DNA from: an uncultured bacterium
Lineage (GTDB): Bacteria > SAR324 > NAC60-12
Direction: 5' to 3'
Length of the DNA stretch: 64,000 nucleotides
Assembly: GCA_965662845.1 (NCBI GenBank)
Contig: CBFIJD010000004.1
Location: 20,986 to 84,985, forward strand
Below the pieces are notes generated by a model. That model was not told the DNA's origin and ran no database searches. It was given only the letters and a program-made list of their open reading frames with translations. The translations under genes were made by a program, and so were the position numbers. Position 1 is the first letter of the stretch; every line of letters starts with the position of its first letter. Shown here one piece after another: positions 9,532 through 19,228 of the stretch.

Positions 9532-10405
9532 CGCCCACCACCACCTCTGGCAACCCGAGGCCCTACCCTACGGTTGGCTCCGCCAACGCGGGCAGCCCAA
9601 GCCGTTCGGCGACCCAACCCCGATTCAGCGGGACTACCTGTGGGAGCATTTTCGTCAAGATGTAGGCGCCGCAGCGGTCGAGTTGATTGGCTCTGTGCAT
9701 GTGCAAGCCGACGGAGCGCTGCCGGATCCTGTCGCCGAGACGAAGTGGCTCCATACTCCAGACGACACCTTGCCCTCGGCGGTGGTAGGGTTTGTGGATT
9801 TGAGCAGCGACCAAGCCGAAGCGACGATCTTGCGTCACAAGCAATTCTCGCGATTTCGGGGCGTCCGGCAGATCATCGCACAGTTGGAATCTCGACCTGA
9901 CTTGTCGTTTGCCCCACAACCCTTTCTGCGCAACGCAACGTGGCGTGCTCAGCTGGCGCTGTTGCATGAGCATCACCTGAGTTTCGACTTACAGCTCTAC
10001 CCCGAGCAGATGCCCGCCGCCGCTGAGCTACTCTCCCAATTGCCAGAGATTCCGGTGGTGCTCGACCACGCGGGCTCACCATACGACCAAACGGAGGCGG
10101 GTCTTCAAACGTGGGCGACCGGCATCGCGCTGCTCGCACAGTTGCCCAATGTGCACGTTAAGTTGTCTGGCTTCGGCATGTTCGACCGCGCCTGGGACGC
10201 CGCCCGCGCTAAGCCCCTCTTTGAAACGCTATATACTCACTTTAGTCCGGCGCGCATGCTGTGGGGCAGCAACTTCCCTGTCGATCGCCTGATGCGCTCC
10301 TATGCCTTCTGCGTCGCGCAGTTGCAGCAGTGGCTCTCCGAGCTGCCAGCGACCGAGCAGCAACAGATCACCTGCGGCACCGCCCAACGCGTTTATCGAC
10401 TCTAA
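9518..10405 (+). CDS. Amidohydrolase family protein (sugar-lactonase-like)
   Basis: IDAHHHLW, VVLDHAGSP, NVHVKLSG, RMLWGSNFP motifs; ATG overlaps upstream gene end. Confidence 0.88.
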   Translation: MRLIDAHHHLWQPEALPYGWLRQRGQPKPFGDPTPIQRDYLWEHFRQDVGAAAVELIGSVHVQADGALPDPVAETKWLHTPDDTLPSAVVGFVDLSSDQAEATILRHKQFSRFRGVRQIIAQLESRPDLSFAPQPFLRNATWRAQLALLHEHHLSFDLQLYPEQMPAAAELLSQLPEIPVVLDHAGSPYDQTEAGLQTWATGIALLAQLPNVHVKLSGFGMFDRAWDAARAKPLFETLYTHFSPARMLWGSNFPVDRLMRSYAFCVAQLQQWLSELPATEQQQITCGTAQRVYRL

Positions 10406-10428
10406 CTCCGCTCCCTCCCCAAGGATCT

Positions 10429-11397
10429 ATGCAAGGCTTTGACTCTGAGTTTCACGACCTCCCCGACTACATTCTGAAGATCACCGAGCGCATCTGGGAA
10501 GGGCGCCAAGTGAACAAAATTCGCAGCTACTACACCGAGAGCTGCCGCGTGGAGACGCCCGCAAGCCTCACAAACTCTGTGGAAACCGTCGTCCAGTCCA
10601 CGCTTGAGACGCTGGTGATGTTCCCCGATCGCGAGCTGCTTGGCGAAGATGTGATCTGGTCGGAAGACGCCACCGGAGACTTCTACTCCTCGCACCGAAT
10701 TCTGTCGCCGATGACCCATCTGGGAGATGGGTTTTTCGGTCCGGCAACAGGACGGAAAGTCCACGTGCGCACCATCGCGGACTGCGCGGTTCGCAACAAC
10801 CAGATTTACGACGAGTGGCTGGTGCGAGACCAAGCCGCGATTGTGCGTCAGCTGGGTCTGAACCTCTCCGACTTCGCCAACGCGCTCGCTGCCGCTGAAG
10901 CTGCGACGGGGAGACCGCCACTGCACCTCGCGAGCATCACGCACCGACCGGCCTACGACGGTGTGCACGTCAACGATGACGTCCCAGCCCAAGACTACGC
11001 CGACTTGTATCGTGGGCTCTTTCGCCAAGCCAAGCTGGGAGACATCACGCAGAGCTATGACCGCGCTTGCTCCGTCGCCATTCCCGGAGGGGAGAGCTGC
11101 CACGGTTGGAAGGAAGTCACCGCATTCTGGAACGGGCTGCTCGCCAGCCTGCGCGACGTCAAGTTCACCATTGCTCATCTGATTTTGCGCGAAGACGACG
11201 GCCAACCTGCGCGCTTGGCGATGCGCTGGTGCGTCACCGCGACTCATGGCGGGAGCGGACGCTATGGCGCCGCGACGGGGAAGCCGCTGCATCTGTTGGG
11301 CATCAGCCACGCTGAGCTGCGCAGCGGCAAAATCCTACGTGAGTGGGTGCTGTTGGATGAACTCGCCATCTGGAAACAAATCCATTTCCCAATCTGA
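10429..11397 (+). CDS. SnoaL-like/NTF2 family protein, two tandem domains
   Basis: AAGGA RBS before ATG 10429; LPDYILKITERIWEGR, GEDVIWS, THLGDGFFGPATG, DEWLVRD, HGGSGRYGAATGK. Confidence 0.82.
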   Translation: MQGFDSEFHDLPDYILKITERIWEGRQVNKIRSYYTESCRVETPASLTNSVETVVQSTLETLVMFPDRELLGEDVIWSEDATGDFYSSHRILSPMTHLGDGFFGPATGRKVHVRTIADCAVRNNQIYDEWLVRDQAAIVRQLGLNLSDFANALAAAEAATGRPPLHLASITHRPAYDGVHVNDDVPAQDYADLYRGLFRQAKLGDITQSYDRACSVAIPGGESCHGWKEVTAFWNGLLASLRDVKFTIAHLILREDDGQPARLAMRWCVTATHGGSGRYGAATGKPLHLLGISHAELRSGKILREWVLLDELAIWKQIHFPI

Positions 11398-11509
11398 CGG
11401 CCTCCGCGCGTTTTCTGTTTGCAATCCGCTGCGACATTGTCAAACATATTTCCCTTTTCCAAACGTACAGCGCTACCTTGTCACCTAATTTTCAGCACCG
11501 CATCCTCGC

Positions 11510-12559
11510 ATGGCAGACATTTAACTCCGCAAGCTGAGCAAGCGCTGGGGCGCGTTTCAGGCCGTGCGCGACCTGAACTTATCCATCGCAGATCAGGAAT
11601 TCTTGGTGCTGCTGGGGCCCTCTGGTTGCGGGAAGACCACGACTATGCGGATGATCGCGGGTCTCGAAGACGCGACTGCGGGGGACATCTTGATTGGGGG
11701 ACAGCGCGTCAACGACCTAGAGCCGAAAGACCGCGACGTGGCGATGGTCTTCCAAAATTATGGGCTCTACCCCAACCTGAACGTCTACGAAAACATCCGC
11801 TTCCCGCTGAAAGTCCGCAAAGTCCCGGCGAACACCCACGACGAGCGAGTCCAACGCGCCGCTCAGATGGTGGAGCTGGGAGCCCTGCTGCATCGTCGTC
11901 CGGCGGAGCTCTCCGGCGGCCAGAAGCAACGCGTCGCGTTGGCGCGAGCCATTGTGCGTCAACCGAACGTCTTCTTGATGGACGAACCACTCTCGAACCT
12001 TGACGCGAAGCTGCGCCTCTCGACCCGAGCACAAATCAAAAACCTTCAGCATGAGCTGAAGGTCACCACGGTGTATGTCACCCACGACCAGACCGAAGCG
12101 ATGACGCTGGCCGACCGCGTCGTCGTGCTGAATCATGGCGAAGCGCAACAGGTCGGCAGCCCGCTCGACATTTACAACCACCCCGCGAACACGTTTGTCG
12201 CTGGGTTCATCGGCTCCCCCGCGATGAATCTGCTCCCCGGCGTCATCCGCGAGCACGTGTTTTTGGCGGAGAACGCCCAGGTTCCTCAGTTGAAAGCACC
12301 TGCGGGGAAAGTGACGCTCGGCTTCCGCGCCGAGGACGCGACGCTCCGCGAGACCGGCTCGCTGCGTGGACCGATCTACACGATTGAGATGCTCGGCGAC
12401 GCCACGATGGTCACGCTGCGCATCGCGGGGGCGCTGGTCACGGTCAAAATGCCGAAAGACTTCCGCGCCGAAATTGGAGACCCTGCGGCGATTGCCGTCG
12501 CGCCTGAAGACTGTCATTTGTTTGATTTTGAGAGCGGTCAGCGCCTGCCGACCCCATAA
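11510..12559 (+). pseudogene. Sugar (CUT1/MalK-like) ABC ATP-binding protein with in-frame TAA at codon 5
   Basis: ATG GCA GAC ATT TAA CTC CGC AAG reads MADI*LRKLSKRWGAFQAVRDLNL, in frame with the 11564-12559 ORF; Walker A GPSGCGKT, LSGGQKQR, FLMDEP intact. Confidence 0.75.
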
Positions 12560-12585
12560 CTGTCAACCCTGTCGATGAGGTTCAT

Positions 12586-13803
12586 ATGTTGAAGAAATTC
12601 CTATCCATCGCCGCCGTCTTCACGTCGCTTGTCGCGGCTCCGCTGAGCGCTACCGCAGACTGTGACTTCCGCCCGAGCAGCGAGCTTCGCATGCTCTCCA
12701 ACAGCTTTGAGGCGTGGAAAGCTGTCTCTGACGCCATGGCAGCGTGTGGCAACTTTAAGCCCGAGCTGGACACCGAGTTCCGTGAGAAGCAGCCCGAAGC
12801 CTTCGCCGCGAACCCGTCGCTGTATCACCTCGGCGGTGTCACGAACTCAACAATTCAGCCGCTGTTGGACGCCGGCACGATCCGCCCCCTCGACGAGTAT
12901 GTGCAGAAGTACGGGCAACAGCTCACTGCCAACCAGCTCATCAAAATTGACGGCAAGACCATGGCCGTCGCGATGATGGTCAACAACCAGCACCTGATGT
13001 ATCGCCAGGATATCTTCCAGGCGCTCAACATCCCCGTGCCGACAACCTACTTTGAACTCCTCGCGGCTGCAGACAAAATCAAGGCTTCTGGCAAAGTCGA
13101 ATACGCGCTGGGTGGAACCTACAAAGCGGGATGGAACCTCGCAGAAGAGTTCGTGAACATGTACCTCGGGCTAGGCGGAGAGTTCTTTGATGGTAACCAA
13201 GCTGCGATCAACAACGCGCAAGGCGTCCGCGCCTTAGAGATGATGCGCAACCTCACGCACTACATGGACCCTGAATATTTGGTCTCCGACTCAACCTATG
13301 TGCAGCAGCAATTTCAGCAGGGCAAAATCGCGATGGGCGTGTTGTGGGCGACCCGCGCCGCTGCGATGAACGACGCGAAAGAGAGTCAAGTCGTAGGCAA
13401 AGTCAAGATGGCCGCTGCGCCGCTCGCTCTCGCTGGCAACCTGCCCGCTTCGTCCCTCTGGTGGGACGGCATCGTGATCGCGAAGAACATCTCAGACCAA
13501 GAGGCCGAGGAAGCCTTTCAGTTGGCCATGGAAGGCCTCGACACCGAGATGGTCCAAGCGCACAACGACGCTGCGGTCTGGCTGATTCAAGGGTATCGCC
13601 CAGGTGAGCTGGCCGCCGGCGCTGCTGCGACTGCCGAAAACGGCGCGCGGCCCTATCCCACCGGCTCGGCGATGGGGCTGATGCACACCGCACTCGGCAA
13701 TAACATCGCTGATTTTCTCACAGGCAAAGAGACCGCCGAGCAGACGCTACGTGACATCGAAGCCGCTTACACCGCCGCTGCCCGTGAGAAGGGCTTGCTC
13801 TAA
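12586..13803 (+). CDS. Sugar-type (CUT1) ABC transporter substrate-binding protein
   Basis: Signal peptide; HLMYRQDIF, PTTYFELLAAA, FQQGKIAM motifs; flanked by ATPase and two permeases. Confidence 0.9.
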   Translation: MLKKFLSIAAVFTSLVAAPLSATADCDFRPSSELRMLSNSFEAWKAVSDAMAACGNFKPELDTEFREKQPEAFAANPSLYHLGGVTNSTIQPLLDAGTIRPLDEYVQKYGQQLTANQLIKIDGKTMAVAMMVNNQHLMYRQDIFQALNIPVPTTYFELLAAADKIKASGKVEYALGGTYKAGWNLAEEFVNMYLGLGGEFFDGNQAAINNAQGVRALEMMRNLTHYMDPEYLVSDSTYVQQQFQQGKIAMGVLWATRAAAMNDAKESQVVGKVKMAAAPLALAGNLPASSLWWDGIVIAKNISDQEAEEAFQLAMEGLDTEMVQAHNDAAVWLIQGYRPGELAAGAAATAENGARPYPTGSAMGLMHTALGNNIADFLTGKETAEQTLRDIEAAYTAAAREKGLL

Positions 13804-13821
13804 TCTTCGTCGTCAAGCCTC

Positions 13822-14847
13822 GTGAAACTACGCACTTTCCTCTTCTTCGTCGCGCCGTCTCTGCTGCTGATGAGCGCCTTCATCGCGGGGCCACTCTTCA
13901 GCGTGGCGTGGCAGAGCTTTCATGTCACGCAGCCCGTCTTTGAGACGGTCGAAGTTGAGGTCTGTACGCCTGGGTTTTTGCAGCCCATCTGCAAGACAGA
14001 AGCCCGCACGCAGCCGGTGTTGGACGACGCTGGGAAGATCATTACCGAGACCAAGTTTGTGGGCTGGGAGAGCTATCGGAACCTGCTCCACCCAGAGGTC
14101 GCGCTGACCGCGCTCCAGCAGGGGCAGTGGGACGCGCTGCTCAACCTAGACTTTTACAAAGCGCTGCGGTTCACCCTGACCTTCACTTTGGTGACGCTGC
14201 CCTTCGTGTTGGTGGTCGGGTTGCTGGTCGCGCTAGCGGTGAACCAGGCGACGCGGGCGCTCCGTGGACCGATCATCTTTGTGTCGCTGCTGCCTTTCAT
14301 CATCACGCCGGTGATCGGAGCGCTCTCGATCCGCTGGCTGTTCGTGGGGGACGGCATCCTCACGGCTTTCCTTGAGTGGTGGCTAGCGCGAGACATCGCC
14401 CTGTTCGCTCAAGGCTGGACGATCGAGCTGCTGATGCTCTTCTACCGCGTGTGGCACGTCGCGCCGTTCGCGTTTGTTGTGTTCTATGCGGGACTCCAGA
14501 CTGTTAACCAAGACACGCTGGAGAGCGCGATTGTGGACGGAGCCTCCCGTTGGCAGCGCATGCGCTATGTGATTTTGCCGCATCTCGCGCCGCTGGTTGT
14601 GTTCATCAGCGTCATTCACTTGATGGATTGCTACCGCGTGTTCGAGGAGGTGATTGGGTTCCGCAGCGAAGCGCATGTCATCTCGTTGCAGTGGCTCACC
14701 TTTGACTTGCTTCGCCCCGACGACAGCGGGAACCGACTCATCAGCAGCGCCTCGGCGTCCTCGATGCTGACGATGGTTGGGATTGTGCTGCTGTTGATTC
14801 CACTGCTACGGCGCACTTGGCGCGATCATCACCAGAGTCGAGGTTAA
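13822..14847 (+). CDS. Sugar ABC transporter permease
   Basis: EAA loop ESAIVDGASRWQRMRYVILP; multiple TM segments. Confidence 0.9.
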   Translation: MKLRTFLFFVAPSLLLMSAFIAGPLFSVAWQSFHVTQPVFETVEVEVCTPGFLQPICKTEARTQPVLDDAGKIITETKFVGWESYRNLLHPEVALTALQQGQWDALLNLDFYKALRFTLTFTLVTLPFVLVVGLLVALAVNQATRALRGPIIFVSLLPFIITPVIGALSIRWLFVGDGILTAFLEWWLARDIALFAQGWTIELLMLFYRVWHVAPFAFVVFYAGLQTVNQDTLESAIVDGASRWQRMRYVILPHLAPLVVFISVIHLMDCYRVFEEVIGFRSEAHVISLQWLTFDLLRPDDSGNRLISSASASSMLTMVGIVLLLIPLLRRTWRDHHQSRG

Positions 14848-15987
14848 ATGAGCGAAGCGCCCTTGCCTCGTGCCTTGCGTCCACCGGCGACCTTGCGTTG
14901 GTTCTCTGGAAGTTGCTTAGCCTTTTGGTGTGTGATCGCCGCGTTTCCGCTGTTTTGGATCACCATGATGAGCCTGAAGTTGCCGGTAGACGCCTTCTCA
15001 GAGAACCCGCTTGTCGTGCTTTTGGGACCGAGCACGCGTGAAGCTGGGCCCTCCGTCAGCGCAGCAGACCTCTTGCTCGGCGGCGCGTTTATTTGGGCGC
15101 TGCGCCGCTCGTTTCAGCGGCTTCCGCAGGTCGTAGTGTCTACAGGTTTGCATCCGCTCCTTTGTGGGGCGGCTTGGTTGTGCGGTGGACTGTTGCTAGC
15201 GACCTTGCTCCCAAGCATCGCGCGCGGGTTGGACTTCATCCCGCTGCTGAACACTCCTCTGCTCGGCATTACGCTGGAAAATTTTCGGGCGGTTTGGGTG
15301 GAGCAGGAGTTCACCCGTCAGTTTCTGAACTCTCTGCTCGTCACAGGCGGGGTTGTGAGCATCTCGCTGACGGTTGGGACCTTGGCGGGGTATGGGATCG
15401 CGCGGGCGGGGTCGTCGCTGGCGTTTTGGTTGCTGATGGTCGCGCTGGTGTTTCGCGCGCTGCCTCACTCTGTGCTGGTCTCGGGCTACTTACCGGTGTT
15501 TATCAACTCTGCAGAGCTGCTCCGTCCGCTCTTGGGAGACGCCGCGCCGGTGCTGTACGGCAAACCGTGGGCGATCATCATCGTGTTGGCGTCGATCAAT
15601 CAGCCGTTCACCATCTGGATGTTGCGCTCCTTTTTTCAGAACATCCCACGTGAGCTTGACGAAGCCGCTCGTGTGGATGGTTGCTCCCACATCGGCGCGT
15701 TTGTGCGAGTGATCATGCCGGTGATGTGGCCTGGTGTGATTACCGCAGGGCTGTTCAGTTTTTTGCTGGCCTACAACGACTACTTGGTCGCGGCGTTGCT
15801 GCTCGACATTCAGAATCAAACGATGGTCCCCGCCATTTCGGGGTTCTTTAACCGTGAAACCACCGCCACTGACCAAGTCGAAGCCGTGGCTGCGGCGGTC
15901 TCAATCACCGCGCCCTTGTTTTTGCTCGTGATGATGTTTCAGAAGCAACTTGTCTCCGGTCTCACGCAAGGAGCTGTCAAAGGATGA
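14848..15987 (+). CDS. Sugar ABC transporter permease
   Basis: EAA loop IPRELDEAARVDGC; ends FQKQLVSGLTQGAVKG. Confidence 0.92.
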   Translation: MSEAPLPRALRPPATLRWFSGSCLAFWCVIAAFPLFWITMMSLKLPVDAFSENPLVVLLGPSTREAGPSVSAADLLLGGAFIWALRRSFQRLPQVVVSTGLHPLLCGAAWLCGGLLLATLLPSIARGLDFIPLLNTPLLGITLENFRAVWVEQEFTRQFLNSLLVTGGVVSISLTVGTLAGYGIARAGSSLAFWLLMVALVFRALPHSVLVSGYLPVFINSAELLRPLLGDAAPVLYGKPWAIIIVLASINQPFTIWMLRSFFQNIPRELDEAARVDGCSHIGAFVRVIMPVMWPGVITAGLFSFLLAYNDYLVAALLLDIQNQTMVPAISGFFNRETTATDQVEAVAAAVSITAPLFLLVMMFQKQLVSGLTQGAVKG

Positions 15988-16913
15988 GTTTAGAAATTGT
16001 CCGCTTCGCTGAGCTGATCCCCTGTCGTTCGGCGTTCATCGACGCGCACACGCCGGGTTCTGACCGCAAGGAGAACTACACGATCATTGGCGCAGGGGTC
16101 TCTGAGTCTCCCGACCAGCACGTCCACATCGCCCAAACTCCGGGGTTTAATATCGGAGCGGCCGCGCAACCGGCTGGGTGCACCAACTCCTTGCACAGCC
16201 ACCGCACCGCCGAGGTGTTTCTCATCCACAGCGGCACGTGGCGTTTTTTCTGGGGGCTGTACGGTGACAAAGGCTCCGTCACCGTGAGACCCGGCGACAC
16301 CATCAGCTTGCCGACGCACATGTTTCGGGGTTTTGAGAACATCACCCCCCCAACCCCTGAAACGCCAGATGGTTACGGGTTCATGTTCGCGGTCTTGGGG
16401 GGCAACGACGCCGGCGGTGGCGTGGTCTGGGCTCCACAGGTGCTCGAGGCCGCACAGAACCATGGGCTGGTGTTGCTGGAGAATGGCCGCCTGCTCAACA
16501 CGAAGCTGGGAGAGACGGCCCCTACGGGCCTGCGCCCCCGCAAAGCGCTGGAGGGCGAAGCGCTCGCGGCGTTCGACCGCAACACCATCCGCGAGGAGGC
16601 CAAGGCGATCGCGCGCCGCGCCCACACCACTGAGTGGATTTTGGGAACCAACGCCGCAGCCAAGCTCCGCGAACGCACAGGCTTTAGCATTCAGCGCTTG
16701 ACCTCCGAACACACGCTCTCCCCCGAAGCAGGGCGCCCTTGCGTCGTGATCTGCAACGCGGGCTCGGCCAAGGTCGAGAGCGCCCTGTTAGGAGCCGGCG
16801 ATGTGCTGTATGCGGAAGCCGACGCAGCGAATGCGATCTCAGCGGCAGCCAACAGCGAAGTTTTTGTGATCACCCCGACCGATGATCCTGCTGGAGAAAC
16901 CACCTACTTGTGA
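15984..16913 (+). CDS. Cupin domain protein
   Basis: NSLHSHRTAEVFLIHSGTWRFFWG and GDTISLPTHMFRGFEN cupin motifs; ATGA overlap with upstream gene. Confidence 0.8.
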   Translation: MSLEIVRFAELIPCRSAFIDAHTPGSDRKENYTIIGAGVSESPDQHVHIAQTPGFNIGAAAQPAGCTNSLHSHRTAEVFLIHSGTWRFFWGLYGDKGSVTVRPGDTISLPTHMFRGFENITPPTPETPDGYGFMFAVLGGNDAGGGVVWAPQVLEAAQNHGLVLLENGRLLNTKLGETAPTGLRPRKALEGEALAAFDRNTIREEAKAIARRAHTTEWILGTNAAAKLRERTGFSIQRLTSEHTLSPEAGRPCVVICNAGSAKVESALLGAGDVLYAEADAANAISAAANSEVFVITPTDDPAGETTYL

Positions 16914-18040
16914 GAAGCCCCATGCCCCTAGCCGTCACGCACGTGGGATCGTTGCCCCGTCGCCAACGCACCGTCGATCAGATCTTTGCCCGAGAACGCA
17001 ACGCGCCGTGGGATCGCGCCACGTTTGATCACATCATGGCGGAGGAAGTCACCGAGACCGTGCGACGCCAAACCGAGGCGGGCGTGAGCATCGTCAGCGA
17101 CGGCGAGACCTCCAAGATCTCTTACGCGACCTACGTCAAGGATCGCTACACTGGATTTGATGGTGACAGCCCCCGCCAAGCGCCTGCAGACCTCAAACAG
17201 TTCCCCAGCTTCTTGCAGCGCCTCGCCGACAGCGGCGGCACCCCCACCTACTCCCGCCCTTGCTGCGTGGGCCCTGTGGCGCCCAAGGACGACCACGATC
17301 TACAAGCCGACATCGCGCATCTCCAAGCGGCGATGCAGCGCTCTGGGGTCGTGGAAGGCTTCCTCAACGCCGCGAGTCCGGGCGTGATCGCTCTGTTCCT
17401 GCCCAATCAGCACTACCCAGACCACGAAAGCTACCTGAACGCGCTGGGGGAAGCCCTCCAGCACGAATACCGCGCCATCATCGACGCCGGGTTGCAGCTG
17501 CAAATTGACTGTCCCGACTTGGCGTTGTCGCGCCACATGCTCTTCATGGACAAGTCAGACGCAGACTTCGTGCGCCTCGCAGATCTGCATGTCAGCGTAC
17601 TCAACAACGCGCTCGCAGGGCTGCCCAAAGAGCGCATCCGCCTGCACATCTGCTGGGGCAACTACGAAGGTCCCCACACGTGTGACATCGACATGGAGCG
17701 CGTCTTCTCTACGCTGATGCGTACCCACGCGCAGTACCTCCTGTTTGAGAACGCCAACCCGCGTCATGGCCACGAATGGACCGTCTTCGCCGAACGCAGA
17801 GCGGAGATCCCTGAAGACAAAGTCCTCGTTCCAGGGGTCGTGGACACAACCACCAACTTTGTGGAGCACCCTCGGTTGGTCACACAGCGGCTGCAGCGCT
17901 TCGTGGAGATTGTCGGACGCGAGCGGGTCGTCGCTGGCACCGACTGTGGCTTCGGGACCTTCGCTGGCTTCGGCGCGGTTGATCCTGAAATCGCGTATGC
18001 CAAATTACAAACCCTCGCACAAGGAGCCGCCGATGTCTGA
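16910..18040 (+). CDS. Single-barrel cobalamin-independent methionine synthase II family Zn enzyme (MetE C-terminal/epoxyalkane:CoM transferase-like)
   Basis: THVGSLPR, SDGE, Zn ligands HICWGNY, GTDCGF; alternative ATG at 16922. Confidence 0.88.
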   Translation: MRSPMPLAVTHVGSLPRRQRTVDQIFARERNAPWDRATFDHIMAEEVTETVRRQTEAGVSIVSDGETSKISYATYVKDRYTGFDGDSPRQAPADLKQFPSFLQRLADSGGTPTYSRPCCVGPVAPKDDHDLQADIAHLQAAMQRSGVVEGFLNAASPGVIALFLPNQHYPDHESYLNALGEALQHEYRAIIDAGLQLQIDCPDLALSRHMLFMDKSDADFVRLADLHVSVLNNALAGLPKERIRLHICWGNYEGPHTCDIDMERVFSTLMRTHAQYLLFENANPRHGHEWTVFAERRAEIPEDKVLVPGVVDTTTNFVEHPRLVTQRLQRFVEIVGRERVVAGTDCGFGTFAGFGAVDPEIAYAKLQTLAQGAADV

Positions 18041-18725
18041 GCTCATTTTCGCCGCGATGCGGAAGGTCGACACGCCGACCATCTCCAACGCGTTGGATGT
18101 CATTCTGGGAACGCGCGCTGCCGTCGGCTTCACTCGCTTCCCCACGGTCTGCGCTGATCCACAGCTGCCGCCCGTCGTCGGATATGCTCGCACCGCCAAG
18201 ATTCGCGCCGCTTCGGCGCCGTTGTGCTCCCCCGCCGAGGTTCGTGAGCTGCGCCTGCAATACTATGAATTTATGGAAGCCGGAAAACCGCCGGTCGTGA
18301 CGGTCATTGAAGACACCGACTGGCCGCACTGCGTGGGGGCGTTTTGGGGGGAAGTCAACACCGCGATTCATAAGGGGCTGGGCGTCGCTGGGGTTGTCAC
18401 CAACGGGCTGCTGCGCGACCTGGATGAGCTGGAGCCGGAGTTTCAAGTCATCGCTAGCAATGTCGGCCCGAGCCACGCTTTCGTCCACGTCACTGAGCTG
18501 GACAGTACGGTCAACATCCTCGGCATGACCGTGCGCCCCGGCGACATCATCCACGCCGACCGACACGGTGCGGTCGTGATCGCCCCCGAGCACCTCGCCG
18601 CGATGCCCGCTGCGATCCAAGCCATTCACGACAAAGAAGCCCCGATCCTCGCCGCAGCGCGCGCCGAAGGCTTCTCTGCCGCCAAGTTGCGCGAGCTTTG
18701 GCCCGGCGGCTCTCCCAAACCTTAA
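18033..18725 (+). CDS. RraA-like/HMG aldolase family protein
   Basis: DTPTISNAL, VVGYART, AFWGEVN, GVVTNGLLRD, VRPGDIIHADRHGAV motifs. Confidence 0.85.
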   Translation: MSELIFAAMRKVDTPTISNALDVILGTRAAVGFTRFPTVCADPQLPPVVGYARTAKIRAASAPLCSPAEVRELRLQYYEFMEAGKPPVVTVIEDTDWPHCVGAFWGEVNTAIHKGLGVAGVVTNGLLRDLDELEPEFQVIASNVGPSHAFVHVTELDSTVNILGMTVRPGDIIHADRHGAVVIAPEHLAAMPAAIQAIHDKEAPILAAARAEGFSAAKLRELWPGGSPKP

Positions 18726-18736
18726 CCTGAGCAGCA

Positions 18737-19228
18737 ATGTCCACCACAGAAGCGAACAAACAGCTCGTTGACGATATGTACGACGGCCTCAACCAGAACG
18801 TCTTGGGGCTGATGGAAAAATATTGGAAGGCAGACATGGTCTGGGAAGGACCTGCGGGCATCGGCACCAAGCGTGGCATCGACGCATTTGAGAACGACTA
18901 CCGCAGAGCCTTCATTCACGCCTTTCCTGACAAGCACGCCACCGACCTCGTGCGCATCGCCGAAGGAGACTGGGTCGCAGGCACCGGCTTTCAAGAAGCC
19001 ACCTTCGCCAATGCGTGGCTGGGGATCCCTCCGACCAATGAGAAAATTCGCGTCCGCTACATGGACTTCTGGCGCGTTGAGAGAGACGCGACCGGTGACC
19101 CCAAGCTCGCCGAGAATTTAGTCCTGATCGACATCTTGGGCGTGCTGGAGCAAGCCGGATATGACGTCCACAAAGTGCTGAAGTTTGTAGGCTCCAAGCC
19201 GCCCGCGTTTTTTGATGAGGTCACATGA
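18737..19228 (+). CDS. SnoaL-like ester cyclase, single domain
   Basis: MVWEGPAGIG, AFPD, IAEGDWVA, WLGIPPTNEKIRVRYMDFWR. Confidence 0.85.
   Translation: MSTTEANKQLVDDMYDGLNQNVLGLMEKYWKADMVWEGPAGIGTKRGIDAFENDYRRAFIHAFPDKHATDLVRIAEGDWVAGTGFQEATFANAWLGIPPTNEKIRVRYMDFWRVERDATGDPKLAENLVLIDILGVLEQAGYDVHKVLKFVGSKPPAFFDEVT

Noticed and set aside
16910-18040. Calling this gene metE
   Set aside because: It has only one barrel with no folate-binding N-terminal half, and its context is catabolic.
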